DNA of 64,000 nt, from assembly GCA_041484665.1 (NCBI GenBank), contig JBGPIA010000001.1, positions 800,001 to 864,000 on the forward strand, read 5' to 3'. A program made the translations under genes and the position numbers. The notes below the pieces were generated by a model. That model was given only the letters and a program-made list of their open reading frames with translations. It was not told the origin of the DNA and made no database searches. Origin of the DNA: Candidatus Krumholzibacteriia bacterium. GTDB lineage: Bacteria > Krumholzibacteriota > Krumholzibacteriia > JAJRXK01. Of this stretch, positions 1 through 9,646 are shown one piece after another (positions within the stretch are counted from its first letter, which is position 1; every line of letters begins with the position of its first letter).

Positions 1-129
1 GACCGGCTGGCGTCGCTGTTCGACCAGGATCCACACATGGGGATGGTGGTCTACCGCGGCTTGCTCGGCGTCGTGGCCCAGCGCCTCGCGGAGGCGCGCG
101 TGCGGATCGCCAGCATGGCGTGCGACTGA
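1..129 (+). CDS. 3' end of a probable cyclic-nucleotide-binding (Crp-like) domain protein, partial
   Basis: Frame 1 reads DRLASLFDQDPHMGMVVYRGLLGVVAQRLAEARVRIASMACD*, resembling the C-terminal helix of small cNMP-binding proteins (Lxxxx(D/E)P..G.....L...LAxRL). Confidence 0.5.
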   Translation, partial: DRLASLFDQDPHMGMVVYRGLLGVVAQRLAEARVRIASMACD

Positions 130-184
130 GGCGGCGGCCGAGGGCAGCGGTGGTGGGCGGGGGGACGCGTGGAGGGCTGGATCG

Positions 185-541
185 ATGCACGAGATGTCCG
201 TGGCCAGAAGGGCGCTCGATGTCGCCGAAGCGGTGCTGCGCGCGCATGGCGGCGCGAAGGTGAACGCAGTGCGGTTGTCGGTCGGCGCGATGGCGCACAT
301 CGATGACGGTGCCCTGCGCTTCGCCTTCGCGGCGCTGAGCTGCGGCGGCGCCGCGGAGGGCGCTGAGCTGCGCATCGAGCGCGAGGCGTTCAACGGAGCG
401 TGCACCGACTGCGGCCAGACTGTGCAGGCCGAGCAGCTGGTGGAGCGCTGCCCGCGGTGTCGCGGCACCGCGCTGCGCTGGGCCCCCTCGGGCGACGCCG
501 AGGTGGTCTCGGTGGAGATCGCGGTGGAGGCACCGATATGA
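185..541 (+). CDS. hypA: Hydrogenase maturation nickel metallochaperone HypA
   Basis: N-terminal MHEMSVA Ni-binding motif, two CxxC Zn motifs (CTDC, CPRC), 118 aa, GGAGG upstream. Confidence 0.92.
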   Translation: MHEMSVARRALDVAEAVLRAHGGAKVNAVRLSVGAMAHIDDGALRFAFAALSCGGAAEGAELRIEREAFNGACTDCGQTVQAEQLVERCPRCRGTALRWAPSGDAEVVSVEIAVEAPI

Positions 542-602
542 GGCCCGCGCAGCAACCCGCCGCGGCGACCCCTACGTCCGAAAGCGGCGGCCGATCCGTT
601 GA

Positions 603-710
603 GTCCGGGAGCAGCGCTCCGAGCTGCCCATCCTGCCCGTCTCGGCGCGCACCGGCGAGGGGCTGGCGGCGTGGCGCGAATGGCTGCTGGCCCGTGGTGG
701 ATGCGGCTGA
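603..710 (+). pseudogene. hypB: C-terminal remnant of the HypB GTPase
   Basis: Hand translation gives VREQRSELPILPVSARTGEGLAAWREWLLARGGCG*, matching the HypB end (VSARTGEG..AW..WL). An in-frame TGA lies at 600-602, there is no start codon or P-loop, and it sits directly after hypA. Confidence 0.7.
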
Positions 711-730
711 TCGTCGAGGAGGATGACGCG

Positions 731-2071
731 ATGGATGCCACTCATCTGCAACGCTTCCTGACCCGGCAGACGCTGGCTCTCAAGCGGTCGGAGATCCGCG
801 AGCTGCTGAAGCTCATCGCGCGGCCCGAGGTGATCAGCCTGGCAGGCGGACTGCCCGCACCCGAGACGTTCCCAATCGACGATTTGGCGGAGCTGATCCC
901 GCGCGTGCTGCGCGAGCACGGCGCGGCGGCGCTGCAGTATGGCCCCACGGAAGGGGATCTCGGGCTGCGCCAGGAGTTGATCAAGTTCATGGCGACCGAC
1001 GGCCAGAGCGGCCTCACCCCGGACCGCATCCTGATCACCAGCGCCAGCCAGCAGGCGCTGGACCTGTGCGCGCGGGCGTTCGTCGCCCCAGACGACGCCG
1101 TCGTGGTCGGGTTGCCCAGCTATCTCGGGGCGTTGGGTGCGTTCACCGCCGCGGGCGCGCGCCTGTGCGGCGTGCCGCTGGACCAGGACGGGATGCCGCC
1201 CGACCGGGTCGAGGAGCGCCTGGTCGAGCTGCGCAAGGGTGGCGTCCACCCCAAGCTCCTCTACCTGGTGCCCGACTTCCAGAACCCTTCGGGCGACACC
1301 CTGCCGCTGGAGCGTCGCCTGGATCTGCTGGCCATCGCGCGGGAGTTCGACCTGCTGGTGATCGAGGACAGTCCCTACCGGCAGCTGCGCTACGCGGGGG
1401 ACACGCCGCCCAGTCTGGCCAGCCTCGACCGCGACGAGCGCGTGATCTCCATGTTCACCTTCAGCAAGATCCTCACACCGGGGCTGCGCCTGGGCTGGAT
1501 GGTGGCCAGCGCAGCGGTCATCCACCAACTGGTGACCGTCAAGCAACCCATGGATCTGTGCACGAGTCCGTTCAATCAGTTCGTGGCCCGCGAGTTCCTC
1601 AAGACCGGCAAGCTGCCGGCGCTGCTCGAGCGCACGCGGGCGCTCTACGCCCGCAAGCGCCAGGTCTTCCTCGACGCGCTGGGCGAGTTCATCGATCCCG
1701 ACTGGGGCGTACGGTGGACGCGGCCCGCAGGCGGACTGTTCCTGTGGATGACGCTGCCGGCGTCCATCAGCGCCACGGATCTGCTCCATCGGGCGCTCCA
1801 GGAAAACGTTGCGTTCGTCGTGGGGACGGCCTTCCATTGCGACGGGAGCGGCCAGAACACCCTGCGGCTGAACTTCAGCTACCCCTCTCCAGAGCAACTG
1901 CGCGCCGCCGCCCAGCGACTGGCCCGGGCGATCGAGGTCTTGGTACGTGATGCCCGGTCGGCAGGGCAGCTGGAGCAGGACGTGCCTGCTGTGATCTCCG
2001 CCCTGGCCGAGGGGGAGCACGCCTTCGCGCATCTACCGTGGAATCTTGCGCTGAGCGAAGTCGTCGCGTAG
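731..2071 (+). CDS. PLP-dependent aminotransferase, class I/II (LysN/MocR-type catalytic domain)
   Basis: Motifs ISLAGGLP, LQYGPTEG, PDFQNPSG, IEDSPY and TFSKILTPGLRLGW (PLP lysine). ATG at 731 follows GAGGAGG. Confidence 0.9.
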   Translation: MDATHLQRFLTRQTLALKRSEIRELLKLIARPEVISLAGGLPAPETFPIDDLAELIPRVLREHGAAALQYGPTEGDLGLRQELIKFMATDGQSGLTPDRILITSASQQALDLCARAFVAPDDAVVVGLPSYLGALGAFTAAGARLCGVPLDQDGMPPDRVEERLVELRKGGVHPKLLYLVPDFQNPSGDTLPLERRLDLLAIAREFDLLVIEDSPYRQLRYAGDTPPSLASLDRDERVISMFTFSKILTPGLRLGWMVASAAVIHQLVTVKQPMDLCTSPFNQFVAREFLKTGKLPALLERTRALYARKRQVFLDALGEFIDPDWGVRWTRPAGGLFLWMTLPASISATDLLHRALQENVAFVVGTAFHCDGSGQNTLRLNFSYPSPEQLRAAAQRLARAIEVLVRDARSAGQLEQDVPAVISALAEGEHAFAHLPWNLALSEVVA

Positions 2072-2087
2072 ACGGAAGGAGTGAGCC

Positions 2088-2747
2088 GTGAAATGTCCCG
2101 GATGCAGCCAAGAGGTGCGCGCACAGGCGCGCTTCTGCGAGATGTGCGGGGCGATCCTGCGCCGCGACGATCCCGCGTATCACCTGGCCTACGCCCTGCG
2201 CCTGGAGATGGAAGGCGAGCTGCAGGCGGCGGTGGGCGAGTACGAGTCGATGTTGCAGCGCGTGAAGGTGCCCGCCCAGGAGACCATGGTGCGCAAGCAC
2301 CTGGGCAACCTGCATTTCCGTCTCGGGCACCTGCGCCGCGCGCAGGAGCACCTGCGCCGCGCCCACGAGCTGGAGCGCGGCAACGACGCGATCCTCCACG
2401 ATCTGGGCGTGATCCGCTTCCACCTCGCCGACTTCGAGGGCGCGGTGACCGCCTTGCGCGGCGCGTTGCGCTACGATCCCGATCTGGTGCTGGCGTACTT
2501 CTGGCTGGGGTACACGCTTTATCACCAGGGTAAGCTGGAGGAGGCTGCCGGAGCCTTCCAGGACCTGCTGAGCCGCTATCCGAACTTCACCATCGCACGC
2601 TTCCAGCTGGGCGTGATCCGAGCGCGGCAGGGGCGCAAGGAGGAGTCGGAGAAGGAATTCCAGCAGGTGCTGTTGCAGAACCCGTCCGACGCGCCGGCGC
2701 GCTTCTACGTGGGTGCGGGCGAGCCGAGCGCGGGCGCGGCACGCTGA
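2088..2747 (+). CDS. Zinc-ribbon plus tetratricopeptide repeat protein
   Basis: N-terminal CPGC...FCEMCG ribbon followed by several TPR-like repeats. GAAGGAG RBS before the GTG start. Confidence 0.8.
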   Translation: MKCPGCSQEVRAQARFCEMCGAILRRDDPAYHLAYALRLEMEGELQAAVGEYESMLQRVKVPAQETMVRKHLGNLHFRLGHLRRAQEHLRRAHELERGNDAILHDLGVIRFHLADFEGAVTALRGALRYDPDLVLAYFWLGYTLYHQGKLEEAAGAFQDLLSRYPNFTIARFQLGVIRARQGRKEESEKEFQQVLLQNPSDAPARFYVGAGEPSAGAAR

Positions 2748-2830
2748 CGCAACACGCCGACGCGGCATGGGACCCAGGAACCGACCGGGAACGCGCGCCG
2801 CGCGCGCAGCCCTTGGGGGAGTCGACTACC

Positions 2831-5800
2831 ATGAGCAGACGCACGATCGTGTTGGACGGCAACGAGGCCGCCGCCACCATCGCCCACCTCACCAACGAGG
2901 TGGTCGCGATCTATCCGATCACGCCGGCCTCTCCCATGGGCGAGTACTCCGACGCCTGGTCGGCCGAGGGGCGCAAGAACCTCTGGGGCACCGTCCCCGA
3001 GGTGATCGAGATGCAGAGCGAGGCCGGCGCCGCCGGGGCCTGCCATGGCGCGTTGCAGGCCGGGGCGCTGACGACGACCTTCACGGCATCGCAAGGCCTG
3101 CTGCTGATGATCCCGAACATGTTCAAGATCGCCGGCGAGCTGACGCCCACCGTCTTCCACATCGCCGCACGCTCGGTGGCCACCCATGCGCTCTCGATCT
3201 TCGGCGATCACAGCGACGTGATGGCGACGCGTTCTTGCGGCTGGGCCATGCTGTGCGCGAGCAGCGTGCAGGAGTGCCAGGACATGGCGATGATCGCCCA
3301 GGCCGCCACGCTGCGTTCCCGCGTCCCGTTCCTGCACTTCTTCGACGGGTTCCGCACCAGCCACGAGGTCAACAAGATCGTCGAGCTCGATAAGGACGAC
3401 GTGCGCGCCCTGCTGGATGACCAGCTGATCGAGGCCCACCGCGCCCGCTCGCTCAATCCCGACCGCCCGGTGCTGCGGGGCTCTGCGCAGAATCCCGACG
3501 TGTTCTTCCAGGCGCGCGAGGCGTGCAACCCCTACTACCTGGCCGTCGCCGGCATCGTGCAGCAGGAGATGGACCGGTTCGCGCAGCGCACCGGCCGCGC
3601 CTACCGGCTGTTCGACTACGTGGGCGCGCCTGACGCGGAGCGCGTGCTCGTACAGATGGGCTCCGGCGTGGGCGCATCCGCAGAGGCGGTGGAGGCGCTG
3701 ACCGCGCGCGGCGAGAAGGTGGGGCTCTTGATCGTGCGCTTGTTCCGCCCCTTCGACGTACAGGCCCTGATCGGCGCGCTGCCGCGGACCGTCCAGGCCA
3801 TCGCCGTGCTCGACCGCACCAAGGAGCCGGGCGCCGTGGGCGAGCCCCTGTACCAGGACATCGTCACCGCGCTGGCCGAGGACTGGCCCGAGCTCGGCGG
3901 CGCCGCCCGCGGCAACGTCCGTGGCGCCGCCCGCGGCAACGTCCGCGGCGCCCTGCCGAGGGTGTTCGGCGGCCGCTACGGGCTGTCGAGCAAGGAGTTC
4001 ACGCCGGCCATGGCCAAGGCGGTGCTAGATGAGGCTGCCAAGGCGCAACCCAAGCGCCACTTCACCGTCGGCATCGTCGACGACGTCACTCACACGAGCC
4101 TTCCGTGGGACGACGGGTTCGACACGGAGCCCAAGGACGTCACGCGCGCGGTGTTCTACGGCCTGGGCAGCGACGGCACGGTCGGGGCCACCAAGAACTC
4201 GGTGAAGATCATCGGCGAGAACACCCCGCTGCACGCGCAGGGCTACTTCGTCTACGACTCCAAGAAGGCCGGCGCCGTCACGGTCTCGCACCTGCGCTTC
4301 GGGCCGCGGCCGATCCAGTCCAGCTACCTGATCCGGCAAGCGGACTTCGTCGCCTGCCACCAGTTCGAGTTCATGGGCAAGATGGACGTGCTCTCCATTG
4401 CGCGCCCCGGAGCGATCTTCCTGCTAAACAGCCCGTGGAGCCCCGGCGAGGTGTGGGACCAGCTGCCCGCCGAGGCGCAGGAGCAGATTCTGGCGCGCAA
4501 GCTCCGCTTCTACGTCGTGGACGCCCTGAAGGTCGCGCGCGAGGCCGGGTTGGGCGGCCGCATCAACACCGTGATGCAGGCCTGCTTCTTCGCCATCTCG
4601 GACGTGCTGCCCAAAGTGGACGCCATTGCCCACATCAAGGATTCCATTCGAGAGACCTACGGCAAGCGCGGCGAGACGGTCCTCAATCGCAACTTCGCGG
4701 CGGTGGACGCGTCGGTGGCAGCCATGCACGAGGTCGCGGTGCCTGGCCGGGCGACCTCGGCCCTGCGCCGCCGCCCGCCGGTGCCCGTCACCGCGCCCGA
4801 TTTCGTGCAGCGCGTCACCGCCATGATGGTCGAAGGCAAAGGGGACCTGCTGCCGGTGAGCGCGCTGCCCGTCGACGGCACCTTCCCCACCGGAACCACC
4901 CAGTGGGAGAAGCGCAGCATCGCCATCGAGATCCCCATCTGGGACGCCGACCTGTGCACCCAGTGCGCCCTCTGCGCGCTGGTGTGCCCGCACGCGGCGA
5001 TCCGGATGAGTGCCTTCCCCGCTGGCGCCGTCGCGGGCGCCCCCGCGAGCTTCACGACGCGGCCGTGGCGGGGCAAGGAGTTGCCGGGGCACCGGATGGC
5101 GATCCAGGTGGCCCCCGACGACTGCACCGGCTGCGGCGTGTGCGTGGACGTCTGTCCCGCACGCAGCAAGGAGGCCGTCAAGCACAAGGCCATCAACATG
5201 GAGCCCAAGCTCCCGCACCTCGACCGCGAGCGCGGCAACTTCGACTTCTTCCTGTCGCTGCCCGAACTGAAGGCCGATTGGGAGCTGTTCGACCCGATCA
5301 AGGGCTCGCAGCTGCACGAGCCGCTGTTCGAGTTCTCCGGCGCCTGCGCCGGCTGCGGCGAGACGCCGTATCTGAAGCTCCTGACCCAGCTGTTCGGCGA
5401 CCGGATGCTGGTGGCCAACGCCACGGGCTGCTCGTCCATCTACGGCGGGAATCTACCCACCACGCCGTGGTCGCAGTCGCGCGAGGGCACCGGTCCGGCC
5501 TGGGCGAACTCCCTGTTCGAGGACAACGCCGAGTTCGGGCTCGGGATGCGTCTGGCGCTGGACAAGCAGCAGGACCACGCGCGGCAGCTGATGGCCCAGA
5601 TCGCGCCACAGCTCAAGGCGCAGGGCGCCGACGTCCTCGCGCGGCAGATCCTCGAGTCTGCGCAGGAGTCCGACGCCGAGATCGGTCAGCAGCGCGAGCG
5701 CGTGCACGCGCTGAAGGCCGCGCTGGCCAAGCTCGGCACGCCCGCAGCACGGTGGCTGGCGGCGGTGGCCGACAGCCTGGTGACGCGCAGCGTGTGGATC

Positions 5801-6634
5801 GTCGGCGGCGACGGCTGGGCCTACGACATCGGCTATGGCGGCCTGGACCACGTGCTGGCGTCGGGGCGCAACGTCAACATCATCGTGCTGGACACCGAGG
5901 TCTACTCCAACACCGGCGGGCAGGCCTCCAAGGCAACGCCGCGCGGCGCGGTGGCCAAATTCGCCGCCGCGGGCAAGTCCATCGCCAAGAAAGACCTGGG
6001 GATGATCGCCATGGCCTACGGGAATGTCTACGTGGCGCAGGTTGCCCTGGGCGCCAACCCGGCCCAGACCGTGCGCGTGTTCCGCGAGGCCGAGTCGTGG
6101 CCGGGCCCGTCGTTGATCATCGCCTACAGCCATTGCATCGCCCACGGGATCGAGATGTCCACGGCCATGACCCACCAGAAGGAGGCCGTCAAGAGCGGCT
6201 ACCTCACCCTTTATCACTATGACCCGCGGCGCGGAATGGACGGAGAGAGCCACCCGCTCAAGCTGGACTCGCGCGAGCCGACCGTACCCTACGAGCAGTT
6301 CGCCATGAAGGAGGGCAGGTTCTCCATGCTGGTCCGGTCGGATCCGGACCGCGCGAAGCAGCTGATGCAGCTCGCCCAGCTGGAGATCCAGGAGCGCTGG
6401 CGTCTGTACGAGCAGATGGCCGGCGTGGAGCGCGCGCTGCCGCAGGCCGATCCAAGGCCCGGGGCGCCGCAGCCGGGAACCACGCCGCAGCCGGATGCGC
6501 CGCAGCAGGGCGGTGCGAAGGACGCGGGCGGCGTGAGCATGGGCGGGGCGGCGCCGGCCGGGGCGAAGGACGCGGCGACGCCGGGGAAGAACGCGTCGGA
6601 TCCCACTCCCCCCAAGCAGGAGGTGCGGTCGTGA
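2831..6634 (+). CDS. nifJ: Pyruvate:ferredoxin (flavodoxin) oxidoreductase, single-chain PFOR
   Basis: Motifs DGNEAAA, YPITPAS, MQSEAGAAG, two [4Fe-4S] motifs (CTQCALC..CP, CTGCGVC..CP), FSGACAGCGE and GGDGWAYDIG (TPP binding). Confidence 0.96.
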   Translation: MSRRTIVLDGNEAAATIAHLTNEVVAIYPITPASPMGEYSDAWSAEGRKNLWGTVPEVIEMQSEAGAAGACHGALQAGALTTTFTASQGLLLMIPNMFKIAGELTPTVFHIAARSVATHALSIFGDHSDVMATRSCGWAMLCASSVQECQDMAMIAQAATLRSRVPFLHFFDGFRTSHEVNKIVELDKDDVRALLDDQLIEAHRARSLNPDRPVLRGSAQNPDVFFQAREACNPYYLAVAGIVQQEMDRFAQRTGRAYRLFDYVGAPDAERVLVQMGSGVGASAEAVEALTARGEKVGLLIVRLFRPFDVQALIGALPRTVQAIAVLDRTKEPGAVGEPLYQDIVTALAEDWPELGGAARGNVRGAARGNVRGALPRVFGGRYGLSSKEFTPAMAKAVLDEAAKAQPKRHFTVGIVDDVTHTSLPWDDGFDTEPKDVTRAVFYGLGSDGTVGATKNSVKIIGENTPLHAQGYFVYDSKKAGAVTVSHLRFGPRPIQSSYLIRQADFVACHQFEFMGKMDVLSIARPGAIFLLNSPWSPGEVWDQLPAEAQEQILARKLRFYVVDALKVAREAGLGGRINTVMQACFFAISDVLPKVDAIAHIKDSIRETYGKRGETVLNRNFAAVDASVAAMHEVAVPGRATSALRRRPPVPVTAPDFVQRVTAMMVEGKGDLLPVSALPVDGTFPTGTTQWEKRSIAIEIPIWDADLCTQCALCALVCPHAAIRMSAFPAGAVAGAPASFTTRPWRGKELPGHRMAIQVAPDDCTGCGVCVDVCPARSKEAVKHKAINMEPKLPHLDRERGNFDFFLSLPELKADWELFDPIKGSQLHEPLFEFSGACAGCGETPYLKLLTQLFGDRMLVANATGCSSIYGGNLPTTPWSQSREGTGPAWANSLFEDNAEFGLGMRLALDKQQDHARQLMAQIAPQLKAQGADVLARQILESAQESDAEIGQQRERVHALKAALAKLGTPAARWLAAVADSLVTRSVWIVGGDGWAYDIGYGGLDHVLASGRNVNIIVLDTEVYSNTGGQASKATPRGAVAKFAAAGKSIAKKDLGMIAMAYGNVYVAQVALGANPAQTVRVFREAESWPGPSLIIAYSHCIAHGIEMSTAMTHQKEAVKSGYLTLYHYDPRRGMDGESHPLKLDSREPTVPYEQFAMKEGRFSMLVRSDPDRAKQLMQLAQLEIQERWRLYEQMAGVERALPQADPRPGAPQPGTTPQPDAPQQGGAKDAGGVSMGGAAPAGAKDAATPGKNASDPTPPKQEVRS
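3899..3952 (+). repeat. 24-bp in-frame tandem duplication inside PFOR (GAARGNVR x2)
   Basis: ggcgccgcccgcggcaacgtccgy at 3899-3922 and 3923-3946, plus a partial third unit. Confidence 0.85.
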
Positions 6635-7638
6635 GCGTCGATCTGCGCACCAGCTACCTGGGTCTGTCCCTGAGGAATCCCATCTGCGCGGCCGCCTCCC
6701 CCGTAACTGGGACGCTGGACGGCCTGCGGCGTGTGGAGGACGCGGGCGCCGCCCTGGTGGTGCTTCCGTCGTTGTTCGAGGAGCAGATCGAGATCGAGGA
6801 GATGTCCACGCATCAGCTCCTGGAGTACGGCGCGGAGGTCTCTCCCGAGGCGTCGGGCTTCCTGCCCGAGTTGCGTTACTACCTCAATGGCCCCGACGCC
6901 TATCTCGATCTGATCCGACAGGCCAAGCGGTCGCTGGACATCCCTCTGATCCCCAGTCTCAACGGGTTTACCGCGGGCGGCTGGGCGCGCATCGCCAAGC
7001 AGTTCCAGGAGGCCGGAGCCGACGCGATCGAGCTCAACGTCTATTTCCTTGCGACCGATGTCGACCAGACCTCCGACGAGGTGGAGAAGCGCTATCTCGA
7101 CCTCGTGACCCTCGTCTCCGGGCTGGTCGACATCCCCGTGGCTGTGAAGGTCGGTCCCTACTTCAGCGCCATGGGCAACATGGCCAAGCGACTGGCGCGC
7201 TCGGGAGCGAAGGGGTTGGTACTGTTCAACCGCTTCCTGCAGCCCGACATCCTGTTGGATGAGCTGGAGGTCGCCCCACGGCTGGTGCTGTCCACACCCG
7301 ACGAGTTGCGGCTGGCCCTGCGCTGGATCGCCATTCTGCGCGGTCGCGTGAATGCCAGTCTGGCGGCCACGGGCGGCGCGCATTCCGCCGACGACGTCTT
7401 GAAGCTGCTGCTCGCCGGCGCCGACTGCGTGCAGGTCGCCTCCTGCCTGCTGCGCAACGGGCCCGAGCACGTCCGCACGCTGCTGCGCGGGATGGAGACC
7501 TGGATGATCGACCGGGAGTACGCGTCCGTCGAGCAGCTCAAGGGCAGCCTCAGCCAGCGAAATTGCCCCGACCCAGCGGCGTTCGAGCGCGCCAACTACA
7601 TGAAGACGCTCATGTCGTTCACGGGCGAGCTGGTCTAG
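6631..7638 (+). CDS. Dihydroorotate dehydrogenase-like flavoprotein (PFOR-associated type)
   Basis: Motifs YLGLSLRNPI, LPSLFEEQI, GADAIELN, LVLFNRF, ATGG and AFERANY. GTGA overlap with nifJ. Confidence 0.88.
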   Translation: MSVDLRTSYLGLSLRNPICAAASPVTGTLDGLRRVEDAGAALVVLPSLFEEQIEIEEMSTHQLLEYGAEVSPEASGFLPELRYYLNGPDAYLDLIRQAKRSLDIPLIPSLNGFTAGGWARIAKQFQEAGADAIELNVYFLATDVDQTSDEVEKRYLDLVTLVSGLVDIPVAVKVGPYFSAMGNMAKRLARSGAKGLVLFNRFLQPDILLDELEVAPRLVLSTPDELRLALRWIAILRGRVNASLAATGGAHSADDVLKLLLAGADCVQVASCLLRNGPEHVRTLLRGMETWMIDREYASVEQLKGSLSQRNCPDPAAFERANYMKTLMSFTGELV

Positions 7639-7720
7639 CAAGGCCTCTCGAGCGCGGCGCGCCGGGTGTCCGGCGCCAGCGAACGGGCCTTCGCGCGGCA
7701 GTCGTGCGTCAGGTCCCGCC

Positions 7721-9415
7721 TCAGGGCGCGGTGAGATCGGCGGTCGGCAGGAATCGCGGCGGCCGCCGCGGCTTCGCCTCTTGTTCGTACGCATAGGCGA
7801 GCTTGAGCAGTGTGCCCTCCGACCAAGCCGGGCCGATGAGCGTCATTCCGACGGGCAAGCCGAAGGAGTAGCCCACCGGCACAGTGATGCTCGGATAGCC
7901 GGAGACGGCAGCCGGCGTCGAGGACGCGCCCAGGAAGTGGTCGCCGTTCACGAGGTCGATGAGCCACGGCGGGCTGCCAGTGGGCGCGACCAGCGCGTCC
8001 AGCTTCTTCTCCCGGAACACGACATCGAGCCCCTCGTCGCGCGACAGTCGTTGGCAATGGGCCCGCGCCTCGACGTAGGCCGCCTCCGTCAGCGGGCCTT
8101 TCTCCTGCGCCTGCTGGAAGAGCTCCTGGCCGAAGTAGGGCAGCTCGCGATCGCGGTGCTGCTCGTTGAACGCGATGAGGTCCTCCAGGGTGCGGGCCGG
8201 CGCCTGCGGGCCCAGACCCACCAGGTAGGCGTTGAGGTCCGCTTTGAACTCGTAGAGCAGGACTGCGAGCTCGGCGTCGTCGTACTCACCGAGGTGGGGG
8301 ATCTCCGCCGGATCGATGATCTCCGCGCCCAGGCGCTTCAGCGTGTCGATCGCCTCCGCCACCAGCTTGTCCGCTTGCCGGCTGTAACCGAAGAGCTTGG
8401 CCCGGGCGACGCCGATGCGCGCGCCGCGCAGCCCGCCTCGATCGAGGAACGTGGTGTAGTCGCTCGCCGCCTTGCCGCTGCCAGCCGCCGTAGCCTCGTC
8501 GCGCGCGTCGGCGCCGGCGAGGACCCCCAGCAGCACGGCCGCGTCGGCCACGGTGCGCGCCATCGGGCCGGCGGTGTCCTGGCTGTGGGCAATGGGCACG
8601 ATGCCTGACCGGCTGACCAGCCCGAGGGTGGGCTTGAGGCCGACCAACGAGTTCGTACCGGACGGGCATACGATCGAGCCGTCCGTCTCGGTGCCCACTC
8701 CCACGGCGGCGAGGTTGGCCGCGATCGCGGCGCCGGTGCCGCTGCTGGAGCCGCACGGCGTGCGGTCGAGCGCGTACGGGTTGCAGCACTGGCCGCCGCG
8801 CCCGCTCCAGCCGCTGCTGGAGCGCGTCGACCGGAAATTGGCCCATTCGCTCAGGTTCGTCTTGCCGAGGATGACTGCGCCGGCTTGCTGCAGGCGCTCG
8901 ACGATGAAGGCGTTGCGCGGCGGCGTCGAGCCCAGCAGCGCCAGCGAGCCGGCGGTCGTCGCCATCCGGTCGGCAGTGGCCACGTTGTCCTTGATCAGCA
9001 CCGGGATCCCGTGCAGTGGGCCGCGCAGCCGCCCCGCCTTGCGCTCGGCGTCGAGCTGTGCGGCGATCGCGAGCGCGTCGGGGTTCGTCTCGAGCACGGA
9101 CCGAAGCGTCGGGCCGTGACGGTCGATCGCCTCGATGCGCGCCAGGTATGCCTGGCACAGCGCGCGCGAGCTGGTGCGGTTGGACTGCAGGGCAGCCTGC
9201 AGATCGGCGATCGTCGCCTCCTCGAACTCGAAGGCTGCGACGCGCGCCCCGGCGGACATGCCCGTCGTCTGGCGGCGCGGCTGCACGGCAGCCACGGCCT
9301 CGGCGCCGCCCAGCGCCGCCGCGAGCCCCCCCATCGCGCCGGCGTGCAGGAACGTGCGCCGGGTCAGCGTTCGCTCGGTGTGGGACCGTGCCCCGTTCGT
9401 CGGCTCGCGACGCAT
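7721..9415 (-). CDS. Amidase-signature family amidase with Tat signal peptide
   Basis: TRRTFL twin-arginine signal, GPLHGIPVLIKDN, GKTNLSEWANFRS, CGSSSG and GTETDGSI (Ser-cisSer-Lys triad). Start taken at ATG 9415 after a GGGGAG RBS. Confidence 0.92.
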   Translation of the reverse strand: MRREPTNGARSHTERTLTRRTFLHAGAMGGLAAALGGAEAVAAVQPRRQTTGMSAGARVAAFEFEEATIADLQAALQSNRTSSRALCQAYLARIEAIDRHGPTLRSVLETNPDALAIAAQLDAERKAGRLRGPLHGIPVLIKDNVATADRMATTAGSLALLGSTPPRNAFIVERLQQAGAVILGKTNLSEWANFRSTRSSSGWSGRGGQCCNPYALDRTPCGSSSGTGAAIAANLAAVGVGTETDGSIVCPSGTNSLVGLKPTLGLVSRSGIVPIAHSQDTAGPMARTVADAAVLLGVLAGADARDEATAAGSGKAASDYTTFLDRGGLRGARIGVARAKLFGYSRQADKLVAEAIDTLKRLGAEIIDPAEIPHLGEYDDAELAVLLYEFKADLNAYLVGLGPQAPARTLEDLIAFNEQHRDRELPYFGQELFQQAQEKGPLTEAAYVEARAHCQRLSRDEGLDVVFREKKLDALVAPTGSPPWLIDLVNGDHFLGASSTPAAVSGYPSITVPVGYSFGLPVGMTLIGPAWSEGTLLKLAYAYEQEAKPRRPPRFLPTADLTAP

Positions 9416-9646
9416 GTGCGCTCCCCCCGTTGAGGCGTGGATGCTGGACCGTTCGTGGAGAGCGATGATGCAGCGGGGCCGCAACCGCTTCAAGCCGGAG
9501 CTTGAACCGGGCGGGCCTTGGCGGGCCGGGCGAGCCGTGGTGGGGCGGGCAGCTCGGGAAGGCCGGGCGCCTCGGGAGGACCGAGCGGGCCGTCGGACGG
9601 GTCGAGCGGATCGGGCGCCCGTGGCGTGCCAGCTGCCAGCGAGCGC

